Source: Squalus acanthias (lineage: Eukaryota). Taken from it: a stretch of 64,000 nucleotides of DNA. The DNA lies in assembly GCA_030390025.1 (NCBI GenBank), contig JASTWF010000098.1, forward strand, positions 682,001 through 746,000. Reading direction: 5' to 3'. Position numbers and translations under genes: made by a program. The notes under the pieces were generated by a model. The model worked only from the letters and a program-made list of their open reading frames with translations. It ran no database searches and was not told the origin of the DNA. Below, in pieces: positions 11,901 through 24,209 of the stretch; within the stretch, counting starts at the first letter, position 1; each line of letters begins with the position of its first letter.

Positions 11901-13378
11901 GGGGTCGATGGGAACACTGTGGATAGGAGGGGTCGATGGGCCGAAGGGAACACTGTGGATAGGAGGGGTCGATGGGAACACTGTGGATAGGAGGGGTCGA
12001 AGGGAACACTGTGGATAGGAGGGGTCGATGGGCCGAAGGGAACACTGTGGATAGGAGGGGTCGATGGGAACACTGTGGATAGGAGGGGCCGAAGGGAACA
12101 CTGTGGATAGGAGGGGTCGATGGGAACACTGTGGATAGGAGGGGTCGATGGGCCGATGGGAACACTGTGGATAGGAGGGGTCGATGGGTCGATGGGAACA
12201 CTGTGGATAGGAGGGGTCGATGGGTCGATGGGAACACTGTGGATAGGAGGGGTCGATGGGCCGAAGGGAACACTGTGGATAGGAGGGGTCGATGGGAACA
12301 CTGTGGATAGGAGGGGTCGATGGGTCGATGGGAACACTGTGGATAGGAGGGGTCGATGGGAACACTGTGGATAGGAGGGGCCGAAGGGAACACTGTGGAT
12401 AGGAGGGGTCGATGGGAACACTGTCGATAGGAGGGGTCGATGGGTCGATGGGAACACTGTGGATAGGAGGGGTCGATGGGAACACTGTGGATAGGAGGGG
12501 TCGATGGGTCGATGGGAACACTGTGGATAGGAGGGGTCGATGGGAACACTGTGGATAGGAGGGGTCGATGGGAACACTGTGGATAGGACGGGTCGATGGG
12601 CCGAAGGGAACACTGTGGATAGGAGGGGTCGATGGGAACACTGTGGATAGGAGGGGTCGATGGGAACACTGTGGATAGGACGGGTCGATGGGCCGATGGG
12701 AACACTGTGGATAGGACGGGTCGATGGGCCGATGGGAACACTGTGGATAGGAGGGGTCGATGGGAACACTGTGGATAGGAGGGGTCGATGGGAACACTGT
12801 GGATAGGACGGGTCGATGGGCCGAAGGGAACACTGTGGATAGGAGGGGTCGATGGGCCGATGGGAACACTGTGGATAGGAGGGGTCGATGGGCCGATGGG
12901 AACACTGTGGATAGGAGGGGTCGATGGGCCGATGGGAACACTGTGGATAGGAGGGGTCGATGGGCCGAAGGGAACACTGTGGATAGGAGGGGTCGATGGG
13001 AACACTGTGGATAGGAGGGGTCGATGGGAACACTGTGGATAGGACGGGCCGATGGGAACACTGTGGATAGGAGGGGTCGATGGGCCGAAGGGAACACTGT
13101 GGATAGGAGGGGTCGATGGGAACACTGTGGATAGGAGGGGTCGATGGGAACACTGTGGATAGGAGGGGTCGATGGGAACACTGTGGATAGGAGGGGTCGA
13201 AGGGAACACTGTGGATAGGAGGGGTCGATGGGAACACTGTGGATAGGAGGGGTCGAAGGGAACACTGTGGATAGGAGGGGAGGGGTCGATGGGCCGAAGG
13301 GAACACTGTGGATAGGATGGGTCGGGTCGAGGGGTCGAAGGTGGATAGGAGGGGTCGAGGGGTCGAGGGGTCGAAGGT
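5907..13378. repeat. 7.4-kb G-rich minisatellite of mixed 28-bp and 36-bp units with an approximately 1.43-1.50 kb higher-order repeat
   Basis: GGGAACACTGTGGATAGGAGGGGTCGAT with or without GGGCCGAA; roughly 220-230 units. Confidence 0.98.
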
Positions 13379-14084
13379 TCTCTATCTGCAAGTTTTAAAG
13401 AAAGACTTGTATTTCTCCAGAGCCTTTCATGACCTCAGGACGTCCCAAAGCTCTTCACAGCCAATGAAGTACTTTTGAAGTGTAATCAATGTTGTTACTT
13501 TGTAAAAGTCATCAGAGGCGATAGGGACTCACTGTTACTGGTGTCAACATCCTGAGGTTAGGGGGGAGGAAATCAGCGAGGGCTCCTGCTCCTGACCAGG
13601 ATGAAGTGGATGAGGAGAGGATCGGACGAGGGACTCAGGGCCACTGGCTCTTGTGCAGCTGTAGCCCAGCAAGATCCAGCGACTTTGGGAAAAGATATGG
13701 GGGGAAAAAAGGGAAAATCTCATTCAGTTCACTGTCATGTACGGGAATTAATTAACATTACTTCCTGCTGAGGGGGTGATCCGCCTCTGGATTTCCCTCC
13801 ATTCAATATCTCCCAACAGGTGACATCGGGAACTGAGCACGTGGGGAAATCACCACATCCAATCACTTCATGCTGCACGGCAACAGACCAGCACTTCTCC
13901 CCAACAAAGCTAAAGGCTGTATTCGTACCTCAGATCACCACTAAAATAGGAGGTGTCCTGGTCTCCCGGCCAACAGTCCCCCCTCACACTGGGAATTCTC
14001 CTGGTCTCCCGGTCAACAGTCCCCCCTCACACTGGGAATTCTTTCGGTGCTGAGTGGTTGTTCCGTATACCTACATTACAGGCA

Positions 14085-15075
14085 CATCACACAGGAACAG
14101 GAGGAGGCCATTCAGCCCCTGGAGCCTGTTCCGCCATTCAATCAGATCATGGCTGATCTGCGACCTAACTCCATATACCCGCCTTTGCCCCATATCCCTT
14201 AATACCTTTGGTTAACAAAATACTATCAATCTCAGATTTAAAATTAACAATTGACCCAGCATCAATTGCCGTTTGCGGAAGAGAGTTCCAAACTTCTACC
14301 AAAAAGTGTTTCCTAATTTCACTCCTGAAAGGTCTGGCTCTAATTTTTAGACTATGTCCCCTAGTCCTAGAATCCCCAACCAGCGGAAATAGTTTCTCTC
14401 TATCTACCCTATCAGTTCCCCTTAATATCCTGAAAACTTCAATCAAATCACCCCTTAACCTTCTAAATTCCAGGGAATACGACCCTAATTTGTGCAATAT
14501 CTCCTTGTAGTTCAACCCTTGGAGTCCGGGTATCATTCTGGTAAACCTACACTGCACTCTCTTCAAGGCCAATATATCCTTCCTAAGGTGTGGTGCCCAG
14601 AACTGCTCCCAGTGCTCCAGGTGTGGTCTAACCAGGGTTTTGTATAGCTGCAGCATAACTTCTACCCCCTTGTATTCTAGTCCTCTAGATATAAAGGCCA
14701 GCATCCCATTAGCCTTCTTGATTATTTTCTGTACCTGTTCATGACATTTTAATGATCTATGTACCTGGACCCCCAAGTCTCTTTGGACAGTCACTGTTTT
14801 TAGCTTTTCACCATTTAGAAAGTACCCTGTTCTATCCTTTTTAGGTCCAAAGTGGATGACCTCACACTTGCCAATATTGAAATCCATTTGCCACAGTTTT
14901 GCCCACTTGCTTAATCTCTTAATATCGCTTTGTAATTTTATGCTTCCATCTACACTTCCTACAATGGTGCCTACCTTTGTGTCATTGGGAAATTTGGATA
15001 TATGGCTCTCTATCCCATCATCTAAGTTGTTAATAAATACAGTGAATAGTTGTGGCCTGAACACACAGATCCCTG
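14085..15075 (-). mobile_element. CR1 LINE 3' fragment
   Basis: ORF 14165-15064 with FINNLD, KCEVIHFG, LYKTLVRPHLE and RRLRGDLIEVF; typical 3' UTR. Confidence 0.93.
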
Positions 15076-15857
15076 CGGGACTTCAAAGTAATCTACTCTA
15101 AGTGAAGCGCTGTGAGATGTTATAACCAGGCGTTCTATAAATGCCAGGCTCTTTTGGTGCAACACACTGCAACAGGAAGCTGGCTTTCAACAGATGGTAG
15201 TGTTGCTGCTGGTCAAGCTGCTGGTCAAGCTGCTGGTCGAGCTGCTGGTCGAGCTGCTGGTCAAGCTGCTGGAGGAGGCCACGAAGGCAGCTACAGTAAA
15301 GCCAAGCACTGCACACAGAATATCAAACACTTCCAAAAGGCATTTGATAAAGTGCCACATAATAGGCTTGCCAGCAAAGTTGAAGCCCATGGAATGAAAG
15401 GGCCAGTGGCAGCATGGATACAAAACTGGCTGAGTGACAGAGTAGTGGTGAACGGTTGTTTTTCGGACTGGTGGAAGGTACACAGTGGTGTACCCCAGGG
15501 GTCGGTACTCGGACCACTGCTTTTCTTGATATATATTAATGACTTGGATGTGGGTGTACAGGGCACAATTTCAAAATTTGCAGATGACACAAAACTTGGA
15601 AGTATAGTGAACAGTGAGGAGGAGAGTGATAGACTTCAAGAGGACACAGACAGGCTGGTGGAATGGGCGGACATGTGGCAGATGAAATTTAACGCAGAAA
15701 AGTGTAAAGTGTTACATTTTGGTAGGAAGAACGAGGAGAGGAAATATAAACTAAAGGGTACAATTCTAAAGGTGGTGCATAAACAGAGACACCTGGGGAT
15801 ATATGTGCACAAATAGTTGAAGGTGGCAGGGCAGTTTGAGAAAGCGGTTAATAAAGC

Positions 15858-18693
15858 TGCGGACACGACAACGGCACACCCAGCCCAGTCGACCCTGCAT
15901 AGTCCTCCTAACCAACATCTGGAGAATTGTGCCAAAATTGGGAGAGCTGTCCCACAGACGAGTCTGACATAGTCATACTCACAGAATCATACCTTTCAGT
16001 CAATGTCCCAAACTCCTCCACACCATCCCTGGGTATGTCCTGTCCCACTGGCAGGACAGACCCACCAGGGTGGCGGCACAGTGGTATACAGTCGGGAAGG
16101 AGTGGCCCTGGGAGTCCTCAACATTGACTCCGGACCCCATGAAGTCTCATGGCTTCAGGTCAAACATGGGCAAAGAAACCTCCTGCTGATTACCACCTAC
16201 CGCCCTCAGCTGATGAATCAGTACTCCTCCATGTTGAAGAAGCACTGAGAGTAGCAAGGGCACAGAATGTACTCTGGGTGGGGGACTTCAATGTCTATCA
16301 CCAAGAGTGGCTCGGTAGCACCACTACTGACCAAGCTGGCTGAGTCCTGAAGAACACAGCTGCCAGTCTGGGCCTGCGACAGGTGGTGAGGGAACCAACA
16401 CGAGGGAAAAACCTACTTGACCTCGTCCCCACCAATCTACCTGTCGCAGATGCATCTGTCCATGACAGTATTGGTAGCAGTTACCACCGCACAGTCATTG
16501 TGGAGACGAAGTCCCGTCTTCACACTGAGGACACCCTCCATCGTGTTGTGTGGCACTGCCACCATGCTAAATGGGATAGATTCAGAACAGATATAGCAGC
16601 TCAAAACTGGGCCATCAGCAGCAGCAGAATTGTATTCCACCACAATCTGTAACCTCATGGCATGGCATATCCCTCACTCTACCATTACCAACAAGCTAGG
16701 GGACCAACCCTGGTTCAACAAGGAGTGTAGAAGAGCATGCCAGGAGTAGCACCAGGCATACCTAAAAATGAGGTGGGGAAACTGCAACACAGGACTACAT
16801 GCATGCTAAAAAGCAGAAGCAGCATGCTATAGACAGGGCTAAGCGATCCCACAATCAACGGATCAGATCAAAGCTCTGCAGTCCTGCCACATCCAGTCGT
16901 GAATGGTGGTGGACTATTAAACATCTAACGGGAGGCGGAGGCTCCATGAATATCCCCATCCTCAAAGATGGTGGAGCCCAGCATGTGAGTGCAAAAGACA
17001 AGGCTGAAGCGTTTGCAACCATCTTCAGCCAGAAGTGCCGAGTGGATGATCCATATCGGCATCCTCGAGGTCCCCACCATCACAGAAGCCAGTCTTCAGT
17101 CAATTCGATTCACTCCACGTGATATCAAACAACGGCTGAGCGCACTGGATACAGCAAAGGCTATGGGCCCTGACAACATCCCGGCGGTCGTGCTGAAGTC
17201 TTGTGCTCCAGAACTTGCTGCGCCTCTAGCCAAGCTGTTCCAGTACAGCTACAACACTGGCATCTATCCGCCAATGTAGAAAACTGCCCAGTTATGTCCT
17301 GTCCACAAAAAGCAGGACAAATCCAATCTGGACAATTAACGCCCCATCTGTCTACTCTCAATCATTAGCAAAGTGATGGATGGTGTCGTCAACAGTGCTA
17401 TCAAGCGGCACTTACTCACCAATAACCTGCTCACTGATGCCCAGTTTGGGTTCCGCCAGGACCACTCGGCTCCCGACCTCATTACAGCTTTGGTCCAAAC
17501 ATGGACAAAGGAGCTGAATTCCAGAGGTGAGGTGAGAGTGACTGCCCTAGACATCAAGGCAACATTTGACCGAGTGTGGCATCAAGGAGTCCTAGTAAAA
17601 CTGAAGTCAATGGGAATCGGGGGGAAAACTCTCCACTGGCTAGAGTCATACCTAGCACAAAGGAAGATGGTTGTAGTGGTTGGAGGTCAATCACAGCCCC
17701 AGGACATCACTGCAGGAGTTCCTCAGGGCAGTGTCCTAGGCCCAACCAACTTCAGCTGCTTCATCAATGATCTTCCCTCCAACATAAGGTCAGAAGTGGG
17801 GATGTTCGCTGATGACTGCACAGTGTTCAGCGCCATTCACAACTCCTCAGATAATGAAGCAGTCCATGCCCGCATGCAAGAAGACATGGATGACATTCAG
17901 GCTTGGGCTGATAAGTGGCAGGTCACATTCATGCCACACAAGTGCCAGGCAATGACTATCTCCAACAAGCGAGAGTCTAATCACCGCCCCTTGACATTCA
18001 ACGGCATTACCATCACCGAATCCCCACCATCAACATCCTGGGGGTCACCATTGACCAGAAACTTAACTGGACCAGCCACATAAATACTGTGGCAACAAGA
18101 GCAGGTCAGAGGCTAGGTATTCTGCGGCGAGTGCCTCACCTCCTGACTCCCAAAGCCTTTCCACCATTTACAAGGCACAAGTAAGGAGTGCGATGGAATA
18201 CTCTCCACTTGCCTGGATGAGTGCAGCTCCAACAACACTCAAGAAGCTCGACACCATCCAGGACAAACCAGCCCGCTTGATTGGCACCCCATCCACCACC
18301 TTAAACATTCACACCCTCCACCACCAGCGTACCGTGGCTACAGTGTGTACCATCTACAAGATGCACTGCAGCAACTCGCCAAGGCTTCTTCGGCAGTACC
18401 TCCCAAACCCCACCTAGAAGGACAAGGGCAGCAGGCGCATGGGAACACCACCACCTCCAAATTCCCCTCTAAGTCACACAACATCCTGACTTGGAAGTAC
18501 ATCGCCATTCCTTCAACGTCGCTGGGTCAAAATCCTGGAACTCCATTCCCTAACAGCACTGTGGGAGCACCTTCACCATAGGGACTGCAGCGGTTCAAGA
18601 AGGTGGCTTACCACCACCTTCTCAAGGGCAATTAGGGATGAGCAATAAATGCTGGCCTTGCCAGCGACGCCCACATCCCATGAATGAAAAAAT
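15858..18693 (+). mobile_element. Degenerate near-complete ORF2 of a second CR1-group LINE family (APE endonuclease plus RT)
   Basis: Fragments VGDFN, PTRGKNLLDL, GPDNIP, QFGFR, LDIKATFDRV, GVPQGSVLGP and MFADD with frameshifts and stops. The same family occurs at about 21150-21490, 44210-45370, 53690-54260 and 56075-56410 (all minus) and 4195-4430 (plus). Confidence 0.9.
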
Positions 18694-19194
18694 AAATCCT
18701 GGGCTTCATAAATAGAGGCAGAGAGTACACATGCAAGGAAGTGATGATGTACCTTTACAAAACACTTGTTCGGCCTCAACTGGAGTATTGTGTCCAATTC
18801 TGGGCACCGCACTTTAGGAAGGATGTGAAGGCCTTAGAGAGGGTGCAAAAAAGATTTACGAGAATGGTTCCAGGGATGAGGGACTTCAGTTACGTGGATA
18901 GACTGGAGAAGCTGGGGTTGTTCTCCTTAGAGCAGAGAAGGTTCATAGGAGATTTGATAGAGGTATTCAAAATCATGAGGGGTCTAGACATAGTAGATCG
19001 AGAGAAACTGTTCCCATTGGTAGAAGGTTGAGAACCAGAGGACACAGATTTAAGGTGATTGGCAGAAGAACCAAAGGCGACATGAGGAAAAACTTTTTTA
19101 CGCAGCGAGTGGTTAGAATCTGGAATGCACTGCCTGAAAGGGTGGCGGAAGCAGACTCAATCGTGGCTTTCAAAAGGGAATTGGATAAGTACCT

Positions 19195-19423
19195 TGACGT
19201 AAGAAAACTACTAGGCACTTGGTCTAAGCGTTAAACAAAGCTTTAATCAACTGTTTTTCAACATGGAGATCTAGTTGTGTCCTTCACTAGTTCCTGTTAA
19301 AGAATGTCCTGAGCAAGCTAGGCCCATGCCCGAGTATTTATACTCTCCCTGGACAGCGCCACCAGCAGGCCGCCCAGTATTATTTCATAAGTCATTTCCA
19401 CATGAATGACAAGATTCATGTCA
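19195..19423 (-). mobile_element. 229-bp solo LTR
   Basis: TGAC...GTCA termini, 5-bp target duplication TACCT (19190-19194 and 19424-19428), minus-strand TATAAATA (19335-19342) and ATTAAA (19242-19247). Confidence 0.85.
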
Positions 19424-19584
19424 TACCTGAAGGAAAAAAATTTGCAGGGCTACGGGGAAAGGGCGGGGGGAGTGGGATTAGCTGACGTGCTCTTGCAGAG
19501 AGCCGGCATGGGCTCGACGGGCCGAATGGCCTCCTTCTGTGCTGTAACCATTCTATGATTCTGCTGCATAACCTGCATCCCCAC

Positions 19585-19758
19585 CTGTTGGTACCACATC
19601 TGGGCTGTCTTCACCCCAGCTCCCCAGATGTTGGAGAAGGTCTCCAGCACGGGGACGCTCTCGCTGATATAGTCCAGCTTGCGCAGGTGCCCGCTCTCCA
19701 GTATCTCTCTGATCTTCTCAGCCATCCGTTTGCCGACACCAGTGATCTTACAGGCTTC
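19585..19758 (-). CDS. POLL: DNA polymerase lambda coding exon (8-kDa lyase HhH and fingers)
   Basis: [58 protein letters not shown]; 174 nt; AG/GT boundaries. Confidence 0.97.
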
Positions 19759-20360
19759 CTAGGGGCGGCAGAGGGAAAACTAGTTCAGAAATAGGTTCAC
19801 ACACACAAATCTCTGAAGGTGGCAGGACAAGTTTTTAAGGCTGTTAAAACAGTTTCTCCCTATCTGGGTCAAAATCCTGGAACTCCCTCCCTAACAGCAC
19901 TGTGGGAGCGCCTTCACCACACGGACTGCAGCGGCTCAAGAAGGCGGCTCACCACCACCTTCTCAAGGGCAATTAGGGAAGGTTAAAGGGAGATTTAATA
20001 GAGGTGTTCAAAATTATGATTGGGAGAAATGGTTTCCACTGGCAGGAGGGTCGTTAACCAAAGGACACAGATAATTGGCAAAAGAACCAGAGGGGAGATG
20101 AGGAGAATTTTCTTTTACGCAGCGAGTTGTTGTGATCTGGAATGCGCTGCCTGAAAGGGCGGTGGAAGCAGATTCAATAGTAACTTTCAAATGAGAATTG
20201 GATAAATATTAAAAGGAAAAATTTGCAAGGCTATGGGGAAAGAGCGGGGCAGTGGGACTAATTGGAGAGCTCTGTCAAAGAGCCGGCACAGGCACGATGG
20301 GCCGAATGGCCGCCTTCTGTGCTGTATGATTCTATGACTGGCAGCATTCGTCTGAAAAGC

Positions 20361-20629
20361 TATGGTCGAGGGGAAGGGAAACGGGCCTGGTGACGGAGAA
20401 TGTTGAAACTCTGACCGTCTGTAAGATATGGTCGAGGGGAAGGGAAACGGGCCTGGTGACGGAGAATGTTGAAACTCTGACCGTCTGTAAGATATGGTCG
20501 AGGGGAAGGGAAACGGGCCTGGTGACGGAGAATGTTGAAACTCTGACCGTCTGTAAGATATGGTCGAGGGGAAGGGAAACGGGCCTGGTGACGGAGAATG
20601 TTGAAACTCTGACCGTCTGTAAGATATGG
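20361..20629. repeat. 66-bp tandem repeat, 4 identical copies
   Basis: TATGGTCGAGGGGAAGGGAAACGGGCC...CCGTCTGTAAGA repeated. Confidence 0.97.
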
Positions 20630-21857
20630 CTCAAACAGCATGATTTCCCCTCATAGCACCTCCCCAATCTCGCCCACACTGTCCTGGGAAAGGATGAGTG
20701 GAGCCAGACACTGTCCCCACGGGTCTAAATCCAGTGGGGAGGAGGGCAGAGAATGTCAGTCACACTGGGCTGTTTTCATGTCATGGGCCCCAGTCAGATG
20801 CACAGTAACAGAAGCATTGACGAGAATAATGACACAGAGAGGAGATATCTAAAACAGGGGCATGAAAAGCACTTTCTCATCCGTAATGAATATTTTAGAG
20901 GGCGTTCCAGTCCCGGTGATAGGGCAGTACACGGTTAACACGGATAAGTCTGATCCAGGCGTTACCCTGTCTGCTGACTGTGATTTCCGTGTGGAATGAG
21001 TTCGGCAGTCTCAGTCTCAGTCCAGCACAGATCCAGTGTAAAACTGTGGCATTTTCCTCTTACTGTCACTCACTGTCAGGGGAGACAATTCTGAGCTCAG
21101 CATGAAGGCACATTGTTTGGGACGGTGTAGAGGAAGATTACAGCGATGATGAAGGATCGGCGATATACTTCTAAGTCAGGATGGTGTGTGACTTGGAGGG
21201 GGACTTGGAGGTGGTGGTGGTGGTCCCATGCGCCTGCTGCCCTTGTCCTTCTAGGTGGAAGAGGTCGCGGGTTTGGGAGGAGCTGTCGAAGAAGCCTTGG
21301 CGAGTTGCTGCAGTGCATCTTGTAGATGGTACACACTGCAGCCACGGTACGCCGGTGGTGGAGGTATGAATGTTTAAGGTGGTGGATGGGGTGACAATCA
21401 AGTGGGCTGCTTTGTTCTGGATGGTGTCGAGCTTCTTGAGTGTTGTTGGAGCTGCACTCATCCAGGCAAGTGGAGAGTATTCCATCACTTACAATTTATG
21501 GACATCCATTATTGGGAAGGTGCCAGAAGGGATCGTAAGAGATGCCCTTCCTGATCACCGGGAAAGGGAAGGAGCCAGGGTGGGAAACTGAGGAGAGACC
21601 CAGGTTACTGGGAATAGTTCCACTGGTGGAGAGAGGGCTAAAAGCACTTTTAATAGAGGTTTTCAAAATTTTGAAGGGTTTTTGATAGAATGAACATCTC
21701 CTCTGGCTGGGAATTCACTAATTTAAAATCGTGACTAGGAGAGTGAGGAGAGGTTAGGTTGCTGGAGCTTGGAATGCTTTGCCACAGGGAGTGGTTGAGA
21801 CAGAGACTCTTGCACCTTTTAAAAGGGGGAATAACAAAAGACAAAATCACACACAAT

Positions 21858-21963
21858 GGGGGTCATTTTAACATGAGGTCAACGCAGGGTATAAATCGGA
21901 CGGGGTGTAAAACAGCCTGATCCCATTAGCATTCCCGCGGGTGAGCCCGGTTAAAATGATCCC
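21858..21963. mobile_element. Approximately 105-bp MITE, PIF/Harbinger-like
   Basis: Inverted termini GGGGTCATTTTAAC and GTTAAAATGATCCC; 3-bp duplication AAT. Confidence 0.7.
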
Positions 21964-22030
21964 AATGTGCGATTCAAATGGAAGCTCCCTTCTTTTGGAG
22001 GGGGCGGAGGGAAAGGCTTGGAGATTTTAC

Positions 22031-22339
22031 CTCATAGGAGGACACTGGCTTCTGGTAACTCTTCAGGGCGTTGATGGCCTTGGCGTATCCCAGCGCTCTC
22101 CACTTGTCGCCCTGATGTGTGTACGCAGTCGCCAGGACCTCCAGCTTGTCTGTGATGGGCTTGTTGTGGTTTTTCTTCTTGCTCTCGGATGACCGCGCGC
22201 ACACCCACTTGTCACTGACGGCTGGCTCACTGGGGTCAGGCTCACCGGCCGAGTGCCTGCTCCCGGAGATCAGTGCTTGCAGGTCATGCTCGGAGACGCC
22301 ATCGTCTTCAGCGTCACTTCCACCTTCGTCATCGGATAA
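22031..22339 (-). CDS. POLL: DNA polymerase lambda coding exon (linker and start of 8-kDa domain)
   Basis: LSDDEGG...[60 protein letters not shown]; 309 nt; ccccAG acceptor and GTAAAA donor. Confidence 0.95.
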
Positions 22340-22430
22340 CTGGGGAGACACCACGGAGAGCATTCAGTGTAAGGGTCGAATACTTCACCAACGCATCACA
22401 TTTAGACATAGTTCAGTTTGTAAATGTAAA

Positions 22431-22862
22431 AGAAAGACTTGCATTTCTATAGCACCATTCACATCCTCAGGATGTCCCAAAGCACTTTACAGCCAATGAA
22501 GTACTTTTTGAAGTGTAGTCACTGTTGTAATGTAGGAAACACGGCAGCCAATTTGCGCACAGCAAGATCCCACAAACAGCAATGTGATAATGACCAGATA
22601 AACTGATTTAGTGATGTTGGTTGAGAGATAAATAATAGCCAGGACACCTGGCCCCTGCTCTTCTTCGAAATAGTGCCATAGGATCTTTTACGCCTCGGTT
22701 TAACGTCTCATCTGAAAGACGGCACCTCCGACACTGCAGCACTCCCTCAGCACTGCACTGGGAGTTATCAGCCTAGATTTAGCTCAAGTCTCTGGAGTGG
22801 GACTTGAACCCACAACCGTCTGACTCAGAGGCGAGGGTGTTACCCATGGAGCCATGGCTGTC
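22431..22862 (-). mobile_element. tRNA-headed Deu-domain SINE with L2-like tail (SacSINE1/AmnSINE1-related)
   Basis: A/B boxes (TGGCTCAGTGG, GTTCAAGTCC) and core GGAGGTGCCGTCTTTCGGATGAGACGTTAAACCGAGG. Other copies at about 25935-26102(-), 29779-30083(+), 42445-42840(+), 44045-44200 plus 45375-45655(+), 46214-46641(-), 49465-49930(-), 50478-50900(-), 52790-53100(+) and 59383-59950(-). Confidence 0.85.
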
Positions 22863-24209
22863 ACCATGTACCAGATAGGGGACGATTTTTGTCTGCTTAT
22901 CGCCTCAATGGTGCAGAAAAAAGGGGCGTTAGGCAGGAGAATAACCTAAATTTTCCAACGAGGCTTGAAATGGGCGGTTAGCGCCCTCACCTGAGACAGG
23001 CGGGATCCTTATAAACGTATTTAAATCGGGATCCTACACTGATCATATGACCCCAACACAATTTTCGAGTTCCACTGGGAACGCTGCAAGCCCCTCCCAA
23101 AAACAGCAGCAGGTGCCCCCCCGGGTCGCCTCCTCACCACTACAAGAGTACAAGAGTCGGCTTCCGCTCGCCACTGCGGTGCGGCCATGGGTTTTAGTTG
23201 AGCGCCGGCCGCTTGGCGATCACATTCAAATGAGGCCTGACCCTGGGAATGGCTTGGGCCTCCCGCTGGAGCGATCGTTCCGCGCGGCGCCCACTCTGTT
23301 CTGAATATCACCCCCCCCCCACACCATGTCTCGCTGAGTGACACGGACCGAATGTTCCCGGTTCAATCCCCGATCGCGGCCGAGTTAGCTAATCTTAGCC
23401 AGGGCAGTAGCTGTGGTGCCACAGCTGGCCATAGCTTGGGGGAGGGGTTGGGAATCAGACATGGTTCCCACTCCAGAATGCTGATCCCCACTCCGGGTGG
23501 TTGGTTCCCATTCCGGAGCTCTGACTCCCACTCCAGAAGGCTCTCCGATGACTCCTGTTCGAAAATCTGAGTATGTTGAGATTGGGTGAGGACCGGACTG
23601 GGCTCAGGCGAGAGCCAGTGGAATCACACACAACAAGAGTCAGTCCCTCAGGACAATAGGGCAGGAAAGGCCAACAAAAATAAACTGGAAAGCAAACACA
23701 CTTCCTGGGCACGGTGGTTCCCTGATGCCAACATGATCTATGAAACAATTCAGGTTCAGTGCCCTGTGATATCCGGGGGGGGCAGAGGCGGTGAAAACTT
23801 TGGGCAGGCGGAGACTTTGGGCAATTCTTCACAGACTGCAAATAGAAAACAACAACATCTTGTATATATATAGCACCTTTAACGTAGTAAAACGTCCCAA
23901 GACTCTTCACCGGGGCGATTATCAGACAAAATTTGACACCGAGCCACCTAAGGAGATATTGAGACAGGTGACCAAAAGCTTGGCCGAAGAGGTAGGTTTT
24001 AAGGAGCGTCTTAAAGGAGGAGAGAGAGGCGGAGAGGTTTAGGGAGGGAATTCCAGAGCTTCGGGCCCAGGCAGCTCAAGTGACAGCTACCAAAGGTGGA
24101 GCGAAGGATGTCGGGGATGCGCAAGAGGCCAGAGTTCTTGGAACGCAGACTTCTCGGAGGGCTGTAGGGCTGCAGGAGGTCAGGGACAGGGAGGGTGGGC
24201 TTACTCTAC

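Larger units (their letters stand above)
15325..19560 (+). mobile_element. CR1 LINE fragment interrupted by a second LINE (about 15858-18693) and a solo LTR (19195-19423)
   Basis: GVPQGSVLGP/FADDTK at 15.5 kb resumes at 18696 (LYKTLVRPQLEYC) and ends in the ATTCTATG tail. It matches the uninterrupted copy at 31750-32600. Confidence 0.9.

Noticed and set aside
5907-13378. CRISPR array or immunoglobulin switch region
   Set aside because: No unique spacers or cas genes and a eukaryotic context; it lacks the dense AGCT motifs of switch regions.
5815-13391. Three overlapping ORFs of about 2500 aa on the minus strand
   Set aside because: The repeat unit lacks TTA, CTA and TCA on plus, so all minus frames stay open by composition. 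The 28-bp units shift frames and there is no domain content.
15112-15816. 234-aa ORF with AAGQ repeats
   Set aside because: A 12-bp microsatellite (about 15204-15272) running into a CR1 RT fragment.
20332-20679. ORFs with 22-aa repeats
   Set aside because: Translation of the 66-bp tandem repeat, with no splice or homology support.
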